A stretch of 64,000 nucleotides of DNA, the filler included, from Sphacelaria rigidula (Eukaryota): NCBI GenBank assembly GCA_964200075.2. It is 11 parts of 11 records of this genome, joined end to end, with 100 filler letters (N's around TTAATTAATTAA, not from the genome) between each part and the next. Parts side by side here need not be neighbours in the genome. Positions count along the whole stretch, not along the records: positions 34,969 to 40,696 come from CAXNAA020024914.1; positions 40,797 to 46,524 come from CAXNAA020024915.1; positions 46,625 to 52,352 come from CAXNAA020024916.1; 8 more parts are not named here. One strand, written 5' to 3'. This document shows positions 35,150 to 47,181 of the stretch, in pieces. A model generated the notes under the pieces. The model was not told the origin of the DNA. It was given only the letters and a program-made list of their open reading frames with translations, and searched no databases. The position numbers and the translations under genes are program-made. The first letter of the stretch is position 1. The number at the start of each line of letters is the position of its first letter.

Positions 35150-38100
35150 GTTGTTACTGCGGCAGCCGTGCCCAAATGAGATTTGGATCGGCGAACAAGC
35201 AGATGAAGGTCCTCGTCAGTCATGAAGACGGCACCTTTGCGTGCCAGCTCGAGCACATCAAAGGCGGCGGGGGCGGGTAGAGTGCCCACGGGGGTCAGGA
35301 TCTCAGCCGGGAAAGGGATGGAGCAGTTAAGCCGTAAGTACCGCATTGTCGCACGACAGAGCGGTTCCTGGTGTTGGTCGCGAGCCCAATCGCGGTGAGA
35401 GTAGCTAGCGAGAAATTCCCGAAGTTGTCCTTCAGCTGGCGAACCAACCAAACATGGTGACTCAGGAGGGGGTGGCACAGGTGAAGAGGCAGGAGTGCCG
35501 ACGTCAACAGCCTGATCCGGGAGCGGATCTGACGCATGTGTATCGCGAGTCAGAGACGCAGGTGCTGGGAGATTCCCAGAAGGCGGCGTGGGTGTAGCGC
35601 GAACTGGTGAACGCGATCGGCGCGTTGGGCGCACAAGGGGCGCCGGCGGTGTTGGTACAACACTGGGCACGCGGCCGGTGTTTGCAGGCGTGGTACGGCC
35701 CGTGGGGGCACGAGGCGGCAGCGGCGACGCATTGCTACAGGCGGCCGGCGACGGTGGTGGTATCACAGCCCGCGAAGAATTTGCACGAGCTGGCGACCGA
35801 GAGCGCGTGTTGTCGGAGATGTGGTGAACAGTTGGTGGTGGCGGCGCCGATATGTTCGCGCGAGGGCCGAAAGTGCAGAAGTCGGTAAAACCAGCAGCTG
35901 TGGGCGCTAAGCCATCCAAAACTGTATCAGGGGGCAGAGGGCGGGGGCCACCCATGTGCAGACCTGTTTCAGGGCATTGCAGGTCGAGCGCGTAGATGGG
36001 CGTAGAAAAACGCCGAATGGGGTAGACGCCTGGTTCGTCAGGTTTAGTCAAGCGGCAAGCGGAACTCAAATCTACCGCTGTAGGAGGTAGAGGCAATCGC
36101 GAAAGAAGATCAGCATTGCCGTTGGTTTTGCCCGGACGGTGTTTAATAGCGTACTGGTAGGCAGTCAAGAACTCCAGCCACCGTTGTACGCGAGGTTATG
36201 TTCTCCAACCTTCGCGAGTTGTTCAAGAGCTCCGTGATCTGTATAGATGTGGAAAGGCACGTGGAACAAGTACTGTCGAAACCTTTAAATAGCCCAAGTT
36301 CTGACTCCGCCTTCGAGTTCGAGTGGACTCCAGTTTGCTCCGTTTGGGAGGGTTGCGCGGCTGATGTACAAAATAGGTCGGACAGAGCCACCCAGTTGAG
36401 ACTGATTCAAAACGGCGCCGAACCCATCTGTGCTGGCATCGGTGTGTAGTTGGCAAAGATGTGAGCCGTCTTGTACCGCATCCCAATCCGGTAAACAAAG
36501 AACCGGTTTCTCGTTCAGTGTTTTGAGCAGTTCGCGGACGGTGGCTATCATGTCTTTAGTGAAGACGAACGGGACGTTTTTCTTCAATAAATCTGTGATG
36601 GGCCGGATCCGCTTGGACAAATTGGGCAAAATTTTGCGATAATATGAAAGTCCGCCCAACAGCGAGCGAAGCTGCGAAATATTGGTAGGCATGGGCAGAT
36701 CAGTCACAGCTTTGACCTTGTTCGTGTCTGGGTGCAATCCAGCAGGAGAGATAGAGTGTCCCAAGAAATCCAATTCAGTGGCTCCGAGTCGAGCTTTGGA
36801 TGGAGACAACTTCAAGTCGTGTGTACGCAAGCGGGAGAGAAATTCCCGTAGAGTGCGAACATGCGCCTTGGGGAAGGCATCAAAAGCGATAATATCGTCT
36901 AGATACATGATGACATGCTCAAGACCGTCAGTAACGCGTTGCATGAGGCGTTGAAAGCAGCCAGGTGCGGTGGCAGCGCCTTGTGGCAAACGAAGCCATT
37001 AAAAAAGCCCTGAAGATGTACAGAACGCTGTCAAGGGGAGTGTATCGGGGTGAATTTCATTTTGGAAAAATCCAGATGCCAGATCGAAAGTGCTGAATAT
37101 TTTTCCTTCGCCGAGAGAGTCGAAGACTTCGTCGATGCGAGGTATGGGGAGTTTTCCTACGACAGTGACGCGGTTCAGCCGTTTGTAGTTCATGGTGATG
37201 CGGATGTTGCCATATTTCTTGGGAACGACCACGAGGGGTGAGGCCCATGGCGAAGACGGATGTTGAATCAGACCAGCTCTTGAGTATGCATCTAAAATAG
37301 CATTGACGTTTGTGGTGAGGAGGGGATTCGTTCGATACGGTCGAGATGAGATCGGCGAATCGCCAGGTTGCAGGGTTATCTCAAATGGCAATGTTTTACA
37401 ATGCCCGAGATCTGTCTTGGATCGGGAAAACCTGTCCTGATATTGCAGGAGAACATCTTGTAGCTCCTGGATGACGACGGCCTCCCAGCCTGGACCATGT
37501 AGGTCAAAATGGATATCACGCAAACGAGGTGGAAGTTGGTGCAACATTTGCAAGAAATGTTCCCGAGAATCGACTGTCGGGTTCCACCGCAGAAATCTGT
37601 GTCGGGGATGGGGCGGAGAGATTGAAGTATGGCTCATCGACGCAGTGAACAAAACCATCAGTCGGCGGCGTGAGATCAGGCGCCGGAGGGTCGGCTACAC
37701 AGCTTTCCAGAGGAATGTGCATAAGAGGAGCCGCGGCGATGCCCAAGACATCGCCAGGTTCCAAACTATCATGGCCTATGAGAGGCAGGAGTTGTTCGCC
37801 GTTCGAGACAAAATGCTCAGTGCCAGCGGGCGCACCGACTTTAGGCAGAAATTCTGCAAGGTAGTGGCCGGTGAGAGCAGGCATACCGTTGCGGCGAACA
37901 AGCAAAACTTCCAAGAGTTGAGGTTCGTCGGAAAGGGTGACGCCAGAACTGCCATTGTACCGTAGATGGTAAGCCGCTCCAGTAGCCTGCTCATTCTTTT
38001 TGTAGGCTAAGGCACAATTGAGGGTACCAAAGTTTTCCAGTTGGAGTTATCCACGAGGCGCCGACTGAGGTGATAATGGTGAGAGGGTGCGGTATGTACG

Positions 38101-39524
38101 TTGGTCGAACCGCATGTAGCTATCTCTGCCAAGAAGGAGAGCATGATGCATGGTGCTATCCGGGACGATGTAAGCCCAGACTGCGAGACTAGCCGAACGT
38201 GTGTCATTGTGAAAAAATTGTGCACTAAGACGAACAGATTTACGGGTCGTCAAGGGTGTTTTGGAGTCGCCGAAACCGCCCCAAACGCGAGGTTGGGTGA
38301 TGATTTCGCAGACATCGGAAGCAGCGCACGTCTGCTTCATATGGTTCCGCATGGATTCGTTGATGATTGTCTGTGGACTACCGCTTTCTAACAACGAGAC
38401 GCACTGGGCGCGCGCGGTGGCGTAAGGGCCGCAGTGTAATGCTACGCGGGTAGTGAAGGTGGCAGGATCAATGGACACCTTACCACCAACAAGATTGGGC
38501 CATGTTCATATAACGTGAATTTGTCAGGATTAGTTGGACAGACCGTGAAAACGGATGGCGGGTGATCCACGGCGGGTTCGAAGGTATCGGTAGACAGCGC
38601 GGGGGTCTGATCCGATCGTGAAGGGCAGCGTGAATCAGAATTTTGATCAATCTCGTAGATTACTGGCTTGGAAGTACAAGGGTCATCATTGAATAGAGAT
38701 TGCTGCGAAGTCCTACGGGGGTCATCGGTGGAGGATGCGGTACCGTCGGAAAGGTCCGATTTGGATTCCTCTTGGATGCCTGGCAATGTCATCGAGCTCA
38801 AAGTCGCCGCTTTTGGGGGAGAATGATGTCGGAATTTTTCTCTGACGGGAGGGGGGCCTGTCAATGCTCGCGCTTCCTTGGGGGCATGACGACGAGGCTT
38901 CCTCTCGTGCCATGACAAATGACTGGGAACTTCCAAGACTTCTTGGGAATCTGCAACTGCGTCCAGTTGAGGTGATGTTGTCAACATCGGGGCATGCTCG
39001 GCCGAAACTTGTGGACTGTCCGCTGGCGAGCTCGGTACAAAGGGCACTGCTGAATGTGAAAGGGGACGAATGTTGTCCGCTGTATGTCGGGGTAGTTTCG
39101 CAGCAGAAGAGTGGCGCGAAAAACGACTACGATCAGGCCGGGTGGGAGTCGAAGGGTTTGAAGCGGTCAGTTTCGAACCATCAGCACCAAAACCAGGTGA
39201 AGGAAGTCTGCTACAACCGGTGCGCGCGGTCGTTGAGGGAAGCCTGTGCCTCAAGGGTCCGCGGTCGGTCTTCCCACACCTCATATTTATACTTGGTTCC
39301 GGAGGACCAATTCTGGAGCCAAGCATAAAGCTGGGTTGTGCGTCAACACAACGGTTACGCTGCGTATATGAAGATAAAGACGGGGGTCGAGAAGAGCGGC
39401 CGCCATTAGATCTCTTGAATAGTGATGGATGAGAACGTTTTGTCACCCGAGTGGTAGTGTGTGTTGGATGAGTCTTCGATTCTGCTATCGGCGGCGCCGA
39501 AGACGTCACGCCGTCGTCGGCGTG
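35150..39524 (-). mobile_element. pol: Ty3/gypsy pol region: Pro/Ser-rich leader, aspartic protease, spacer, RT, RNase H, linker (frameshifted and stopped)
   Basis: LLESGS (catalytic D to E)..HALLLGRD. RT: PWASPLVVVPKK, FSTFDLASGFFQ, PQGA..PGCFQR, YLDD. RNase H: HTDASTDGFGAVL, NADLLSR. Confidence 0.95.
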
Positions 39525-40478
39525 TCATGGGTCGTTGCACTCCGTCATGAAAGAACCAGGGTTTCTGGCATTGGGATTTGAGTTGTTGTTAGTCGGCCCT
39601 GTTCGCTGGTGACGACCATGCGAAGACTGAGAAGGGCGGAAAGAAATATCTCTATGGTGAGTATCTGAGACGGTATTGTTGGTGTGGCGGCGGTCGCGAC
39701 TCGAGCGAGAGTCGCTATGATTGTGTGAAGGCTGGCGACGGTGGCGAGAAGGTGGACAATACTCGCGCATGCGTTTTTGCCATCGGCGCCACGCCTGCCT
39801 GTTGCTCTGAAGTTCAGGGTTCATGAGCGAAACAATATTGATGCAGGGTTCAGGGCAATCTCGCATACTGTGGCCAGTACCATTGCAGTTAATGCATGTG
39901 TTAGCATGGCGACGAAAAGCATCCCTGCGAGCCGAAGGCGAAAGCAACGGGGTCAATAAATGTGGGTCGTCGTTATTATAGCAGTCGTGGAAACAACATA
40001 AACGTCATCAAAAGTGTCTGCCGAAACATGCCAAGCGTCGAAGCTTGAACGGAACGGGTCTCTTTTGCTACGAATAGATATGACCGATCCACCGACAGAG
40101 TTGGGTGTCCAAGTATCACTGAACGAAGGCGGAGTGCGTGCACGATGCCGGGACGTACTCGTAGATGCGGCACGCAAGGTCTGCGAAGACCCAGAAGAAC
40201 ACTGTGCGCCACGAATGACAGGCGTCAAGTTATGTTCCTGATCGACAAACGCATTCCACATCGCGTCTACGGAGGCGTAAGGCACCTCTTCTTGCGCCAA
40301 AGCGCCCGGAAATAGAGACGTCATCAACGTCGGAAACTGCTGGGCGATGCTATTTCGGACATATGTCTGGTACATAGCATCGCTAGGGTCATTCTGTCGG
40401 CCAGTACCAGTTACACTCGACACCAAAATCTTAAAGTCGCGTGGGTAGTCAGCACAAGGCACATCCGTGGCCACAGCA
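39525..40478 (-). mobile_element. gag: Ty3/gypsy gag C-terminal part with CCHC zinc knuckle
   Basis: CINCNGTGHSMRDC (CX2CX4HX4C) directly upstream of pol. One frameshift near 39955. The 5' part is interrupted. Confidence 0.88.
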
Positions 40479-40631
40479 TTGTCATATAGAGGGAGTAGCT
40501 AATGCACTGACTGGGGTCTCTCGGTATGAGTGCCAGGAGATACCATGGTGCCAACCCACCAAGCTCCCACGTGGGCAACTTCACGCAGACCTAGCTATCC
40601 ATCCTGACTATCACAGAGTAGGTTCATCCCT

Positions 40632-40696
40632 GAGCCATCCTACGATAGGGGGGGGGGGGTATTTTGGGCCATTTGTTACTCGAAAATTCGATCCCG
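40632..40696. mobile_element. Left end of a second copy of the 3247-3501 MITE family
   Basis: GAGCCATCCTACGAT-G-run-GTATTTTGGGCC matches 3247-3287. Cut by the linker. Confidence 0.8.
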
Positions 40697-41293
40697 NNNN
40701 NNNNNNNNNNNNNNNNNNNNNNNNNNNNNNNNNNNNNNNNTTAATTAATTAANNNNNNNNNNNNNNNNNNNNNNNNNNNNNNNNNNNNNNNNNNNNAGCC
40801 CCAGTTGTAAGAAGACGGTGTGAACGATTCGTAGTCTACAACGCACAAGCAGTACTACACCTGGCTACATTGTCATTTCGTTAGAGGTCATGACTTCTTG
40901 CACCACACTCCTGGGTATCGTGTTGGGAAATTATCACGATGCGGCCTTGTCTGTTGTTTGAAAGTGCTGCCTACTACTGTACTGTTGTGCTGCTGTATTA
41001 CTGCACAACTGACTGCCTGTACGGCATCGCTGTAGTTCACCGTACAGTACCGCGATGTACTGTTGTAGGGTTCTGCATTGCACGCTCTATACTGCACTGA
41101 CTTTACTCTACACTGCACTACCCCTGCAGCGCTACTGTACCCTGTGGTGCACCGTGGTGGATTAAAGTACAACAGATACAACGAAGCGTGGTGTACGGCA
41201 AGTACGGTGCCGCAGGGTATAGTACAGCAAGATCTGTGTTGGCTGGTGCATTTTCAAACTGCACCTAACTGCACCTAACTGCACGCTGGGCGA

Positions 41294-41403
41294 TAGGCTT
41301 CTACTTATTATGCTAGCACGGTTTTTGAAGACTTCGTTTATCTTGAAAATAATGTGGGGTCACTATTAAGTAGAACCGTGCTAACATAATAAGTAGAAGC
41401 CTA
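41294..41403. mobile_element. 110-bp hAT-type MITE
   Basis: 30-bp TIR TAGGCTTCTACTTATTATG(C/T)TAGCACGGTT. Exact 8-bp TSD CTGGGCGA at 41286-41293 and 41404-41411. Confidence 0.92.
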
Positions 41404-42054
41404 CTGGGCGATCGCACATTCATTTGGCGGCACAACCTGCGGCCAATCACTGCGGGGAAAAAAGTCCACATCAAGTCACGTCACATCAGCTTCCGCTATG
41501 AACGTTTTAGCGTCCACTCTGAAGTTTCAACGCTTTTACTCTGCACTCTGACTCTATGATCAGAAACAAAATCTTCCGAAACTCTCCAACGACAATCTAT
41601 GCAAAAAGCCGGTGCGTAGTGCCTGTAGAGGTGCTCAATTCGAGAAACACGGCAGCACGCGCGCTGTTGGTGCCGCGAGTCGCTGAAACTTCGCCCACAT
41701 GTCATCATGACCACGGCAACCTACCTCATATCGCTGAACCTGTCGTGGGATCATGCAGTAGCGTGTGCCGGCGAGACGAAATGTCAGATTCTGTTACGAG
41801 AAGTTTTTTTTTTTCTATCGGCGGAACACTGGAAGTAGATATACAAACTCCGCAAAGCCCATCAGACTTTTCGGTTTTTGTCAGAGTTTATTGATCTAAT
41901 TGTTTGCAACAAAGTTGACAAAACAATCATGACAATTTTCGAAAAACTGTCCTCCGATGGGGGGGCTACGTGTCGGAACATTTTCTCCGCGCTGCCCGCT
42001 GCTTCATCCTCAAAATATTTGCGGAACGGAAGTGCAAATAGATTACACGTAGAA

Positions 42055-43315
42055 AAGCTCATGAGATAGCTCATCTACGGGCGGTAGCTCACTTGTAGTC
42101 AAACATGTACGTGTGAGCTACGTCCGATAGCTCAACACAAGGTAAACGTGCGCTGATGACCCACGAGTTGGTAGCTCACCCACCGCAAACATGCGTAACT
42201 CATGCAGCTCTCATAGCTCACTCAGGACGAATATGAGGTGATGAGCTACGGGTTGGTAGCTCACCTATCGCAAACGTGCGTAGCTCATACAGCTCCCATA
42301 GCTCACCCAGGGCGAATATGAGCTGATGAACTACGGGTTGATAGCTCACCCAGGGTAAACGTGTGCAGCTCACGTAGCTCTCACAGCTCACCCAGGGAAA
42401 GCATATGCAGATGAGCTACGCTCGATAGCTCACCCAAGGCAAACATGTGTAGCTCACGCAGCTCTTGTAGCTCACCCGGGGAAAACATGAGCGGATGAGC
42501 TACGCCCGGTAGCTCACCCCAGGGACACATGGTCGTGGCTCACTCACGCCATATGCCTAGCTCGCCGTTGGCCAACCCCGTGTCGCTTATGGTGGAACGT
42601 TCTTGTTCGAACGGTTCGAACGATGGCAGCGCATGTCATTAGGTTGTGATGTTCTGCCTTACTCTTTGCGATAGGAAGAAAAGAAGCCAACACATATCCT
42701 CGTTCGCATGGTCGGATGGTTAAAAGAAGCATTGCTATCCAGTCTACAATAATCGACCGATTCATTCCTTTTGATCCGTTGGCCGAGGATACGAATCCAT
42801 CTGGTCATGCATACATTTTTCAAGTGAACTTGAAGCCGATTCAACAGATGACTTATGCTCGCCGTCAAGGGGTTAGCCCTTTGACCGCGAGGGCAGGCAA
42901 TCTGATAAATCGGCATAATACTTCACTTAACTTTTCGGGTGTAAATGATGTCGATTCAGAGACCTCCTACCCTCGCGGTCAAAGGGATGAGCAATCGTAA
43001 CTCTCATAGCTCTCATAGCTCATCCACGGCAATGATTTGCAGCTCACCTGGCTCTCATAGCTCATCCAGGGCAAACATATGTAGCTCATGCGTCTCTCAT
43101 AGCTCATCCGGGGCAAACATGTGTAGCTCATGCATCCCTCATAGCTCATCCGGGACAAACATGCGTAGCTCATACAGCTCTCATAGCTCACTCAGGGCGA
43201 GTATGAGCTGATGAGCTATGGGTTAGGAGCTCACCCAGGGCAAACATGCGGCTCATGCAGCTCTCATAGCTCACCCAGAACGAATCTGAGCGGATGAGCT
43301 ACGGGTTGGTAGCTC
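42055..43315. repeat. AGCTCA/TGAGCT-rich minisatellite (about 40/80-bp higher-order units), interrupted at about 42546-43000
   Basis: Repeated tagctcacccagggcaaacatgtgtagctcatgcagctctca...gatgagctacgggttgg. Confidence 0.9.
42877..42986. mobile_element. 110-bp piggyBac-like MITE
   Basis: TIR CCCTTTGACCGCGAGGG(C/T)AGG. Flanks TTAG/ATGA may be a decayed TTAA. Confidence 0.65.
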
Positions 43316-46300
43316 TGTTGGAATAGTTTGTGGTCGTAGGCACTGTGCACGAATCAAGTACGTACCGTGTTGTATTGCCCTGCTAGCGATCAACCATTTC
43401 GTTTTCTGGCTAACAATGTGTGGTGTTGTAGTGTCGTACGTTGATCTTGTTCGGTCCGTTCTGGGCGGTGTCGTAGTGTAGCTGCTCCCCTTATTCCGTG
43501 CCCTCACTCGGTCGTAGTTGTTGCAGTATGTAGTGGTGGTGTGAAATCCTGAAGGGTGAAGCGCAGCGACCTTGGGCTGCTGGTGCTGCTGTGGCTGGTG
43601 CTTCTGTGACTGGTGCTGGTGCCGTAGTTGATGACGATGGTGACGATGATCATAATGACGACGGTGGCGAGAAGGATGATCGCGATTCTTCTGCAGTGAA
43701 GTTGTCATCTTCTTGAACTTCTGTCGTAATCTCCTCGTCTGTTGAAGTCGACACGTTTGTTCTTTTCGTATAAGGTGAGGAGGAGGTCTGTTTGAAATTA
43801 TTCGGGACGGGAATGGACGCAGGGGGTATGACACTTTCGATGCCAACCGTCCCGATATAATGTGTAACTGATTTCAAAGCCATGGATGAATTTCGCGGAG
43901 CTTCGATCGCCAATGCAAGTTTTCAAAGTTCTTGATATTGACGTTGGTTGGTAGGAGTTGAAGTAGTGCGGGCCGAAGTCCCGGCGGAACGAAGTCGCAT
44001 AGGATGAGTAGAAGCGGTTGAGCTGTCGCCGCTGTCCAGCTGTGAAATGCCATCAAAAACGTTGTTGTTGAAATTCGCGTTGTCCTGTTGAAGGTGGTCT
44101 TGATTGTGGTGAAATTCGTCTTCCTCTTGTAGGTCCTCTTGATGTAGCTGTAAGTCAGTATTTTCCCCCCAAGCAGTTGGAGTTGGGCCTTGTTGCAGGT
44201 TGGATGCTCCCACTGCTTGTTCGATGAACGTGACGTTTCTAGAACTACTAATTTTGCCGGAGTGTCGGTTAAAAATGCGATATGAAGGGCTATCGCTGTC
44301 ATATCCAATCAGGACTCCCTCCCAGGCGTTTTCTTCCAGTTTGTTGAGGTGACCTTCCTTATGCACGAACGCTCGACACCCTATTGTACGCAAAAACGAT
44401 AATTTTGCCTGTTTACCAAACATCCTGTAGTACGGTGTTTCTCCGTTGATGCTACTATGGGGTAGACGATTCAGCTGCGATTTTCCCCCATAGATACTTG
44501 GGCAAGTGCCCTTCGTTCAAGAGGCAACGGGTTATGTTGAGAATAGTTCTCCCGTCGCGTTCTGACATACCGTTTTGTTGAGGAGTGTAACTGGCGGTGA
44601 ACTGTTGGATGATTCCGGTAGTTTTGCAGTATCGACGAAAATGCTGTCCTGTGAATTCTCCTCCTCGATCTGACCGTAGGTGATGTACTCGAAGTCCTTG
44701 AGGAATCCCCACGTCTTGAATGAATTTACAGAGAGTAGAAAGCGCCTCACTCTTTGCCTTGATGAAATATACAACTTTCAGTCTACTGAAATGATCAGTG
44801 AATTTAGCCATGTACCTGTATCCTCCCAATGCGGTTGGTGTAATGGGGCCTGATAAGTCAATAGTTACCAATTGAGGGCGATCCAACACTGAAAAAAAAT
44901 CCGCGGTCTTCGGGTCGTTCTGTTGAGTGCTTTTATTCAGCATGCAGGTGTCACAGAAAGAAAGTGAGCCTGGAAACTTCACACCTGTTTCTGGAATATT
45001 CATGACACGACGCATGACTGGTTCAGCTGGATGGCCAAGGCGTCGATGCCATGTTTCTGCGCTCACAGTGGTTGAAAGAGCCGAGGGTTCATCTTCGATT
45101 GTCGTAGCTGTAAATGCTGTTCCTGGGCTCATGCATTCCCCAGAGGCCACCTCAGCGGTAAAAGCTGACCTGGGGTTGACGTTGAAGGTCTTCTGGTCCC
45201 GATCAATCTTCATGTTGAGGAAGTGTAGTGTGCCATTATTGTCGGTTCGGATTGGAATATTAAAGCTTCCAAGGTCCAAATGAGAGTTGATTGAAAATAC
45301 GGTGGATACCCCTCTCGTTAATGCTTCGACAGGTGAAAAGAGGTGTTTCCCAAGGCCCGGAACAATAATGGCTGGAAGACGGATGGAGTGATGATGACCC
45401 TGTTGATCACAGGCGATGGAGTGCATTACTCCCTTCCCTGTTCCGTTGAGGATATGACGACCAGCTGTCAGGATTTTCATGGGAGGGTCGAGCTTAACAT
45501 AGTCGAACATATCCGCTTCAATATTCGTCAATAGTTCATTGTCGATGTAGTGATGGCTAGCCCCGGAATCGCACACCATCTTGAATGATATAGAAACCGG
45601 TGGTCGAGTGTTGACCCTGTCCTCAGGGTCAGCAAAAAAGGTGAAGCCTATACCGCTCGGTGGCGAGCATGAGTCGGTCACTGTTGAAGATGAAGGACCG
45701 CTGATATCTTGAGCTTGGCGATTAGAAGGGATCGTAGCCGACGTCGTTGTTGATGAAGTGGTTGACGCAGGATCCATGGTGACGGTGTTGGCTTGATTTG
45801 GATAATTGGAGATGTTGTTTGTCGTGGGGCCGGAATTATTGTAGTTGCTGCTGGAGCGGCTGTTGTTGTGGCGGGTGTGTTGACGACGACGGTCATTGTT
45901 ACCACTATTATGACTGTGGTTTCTGGCAGTATTTCCATTGTTTATCTGATTCCTACATTCACTGTTGTCATGTTTGTCCGTTCGGTGTAAACCACACCAT
46001 TTCACCGATCTGCCGCTACTGTTGGACTGTCGTTTGGAACGACAATTTCGAAAATCGTGTCCAGGTTTTGCGCAGAAGGAACATTTTCCCGTGAATCTTG
46101 TGGGAGTCGAAGAATTATTACTCGATGATGTCGCTATCATCGCAGAATCTCGACCGCGTACTCCTTTCGACAAAATTCCGCGTGGCACGCGATTGGAATA
46201 CATATTCCTCATTGTCACTTCGATGTCGAAGATGCTGAAGTCAGGATCGCGCTCCGCATCATACTTGATCCGATCATGGTCATCAGTCAAACCTTCCACC

Positions 46301-46524
46301 ACGATGTCCGTAAGTCTATCATCTGAAATGGGCTCACCCATGTACACCAGCTGATCACGTAGTTCATAGATTTTGGTCAAAAACACGTCAGGATCTTGGC
46401 CAGGTGACATCTTGATGTTATCTAGCTGGCGCATAAGAATACGCCGCCTTTGCTTCGAAGAGTTCTCGTATTTACCGACCAGTGCCTCCCATGCAATTTT
46501 GCCATCCGGTCTTGCATGGCCCTT
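43316..46524 (-). mobile_element. Ty1/copia retrotransposon: gag, protease, integrase present; RT/RNase H deleted; 3' LTR end at 43316
   Basis: CSFCAKPGHDFRNC, DSGASHH, WHRRLGHP..CDTC, DLSGP, DHFSR, SDRGGEF, YTPQQNGMSER, LRTIGCRAFVH..GVLIGY, PNNFKQ. PR-IN order is copia. Then a purine tract AATAAGGGGAG and a ...TTCCAACA end. Confidence 0.95.
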
Positions 46525-46624
46525 NNNNNNNNNNNNNNNNNNNNNNNNNNNNNNNNNNNNNNNNNNNNTTAATTAATTAANNNNNNNNNNNNNNNNNNNN
46601 NNNNNNNNNNNNNNNNNNNNNNNN

Positions 46625-46740
46625 CCTACCGTGCTCAGTAGCGTTATTCCTCCATAGTTCCCTGGTTCAGCCTTGTCTCACTTTTTTGAAAACATTGTCG
46701 ACTACGCCTTCTCTCCACCTCTTGGGTGTGTACTCGTTTA
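46625..46740 (-). mobile_element. LINE RT fragment
   Basis: NEYTPKRWREGVV..FKK/DKAEPGNYGGITLLSTVG, matching the W...........K.G.....NYR.I.L motif. Confidence 0.85.
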
Positions 46741-47054
46741 GGGGGGGTGGGAATCATTTCATCGCGGCTGATGGATTTACCTGGACCATCAACACACTCA
46801 GCTCCATGTATGACGTAATCTAGATTGAAAAAAAATTCTCACCCGGTATAACATTCAATACTCGCCATGATAATAGTCCAGTGGCCCAACACATCATGAG
46901 AGGCTGTGAGGGACAAAACGGCAGTGCGTGGTCATCGCCAAGCGATCCATCTCTCGAGTCCATCCGCCTCGGTCAAACATGTGGCTTCAACTACGAACAG
47001 TGCGCGGACAGAGTCCTCGGCCAAGATGAGGACTCATACGGCAGAGCTCCTCAC

Positions 47055-47181
47055 CTGAGGGCAAGTCGTGATCACTTTTTGAAGCGCATCCAAGGCCGGC
47101 TTCACCTTCTTCGCCACGTACAGCGCGTTTGCATTACCCAGTGCCTTCTTCACCTCCGGTGGGTAATTCTTCCCGGCCGTC
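47055..47181 (-). CDS. Internal exon of a TPR protein, similar to the first TPR of TFIIIC Tfc4/GTF3C3; possible 25-nt micro-exon at 47603-47627
   Basis: cacag|G..TAGKNYPPEVKKALGNANALYVAKKVKPALDALQKVITTCPQ|gtgagg resembles the recalled LP.....LMGEAN..FA.....AI....E.I..AP. Orthology is inferred from one exon. Confidence 0.6.

Noticed and set aside
42055..43315. Ser/His-repeat ORFs (42945-43211, 42979-43191)
   Set aside because: By-products of a non-coding minisatellite whose units shift frame.
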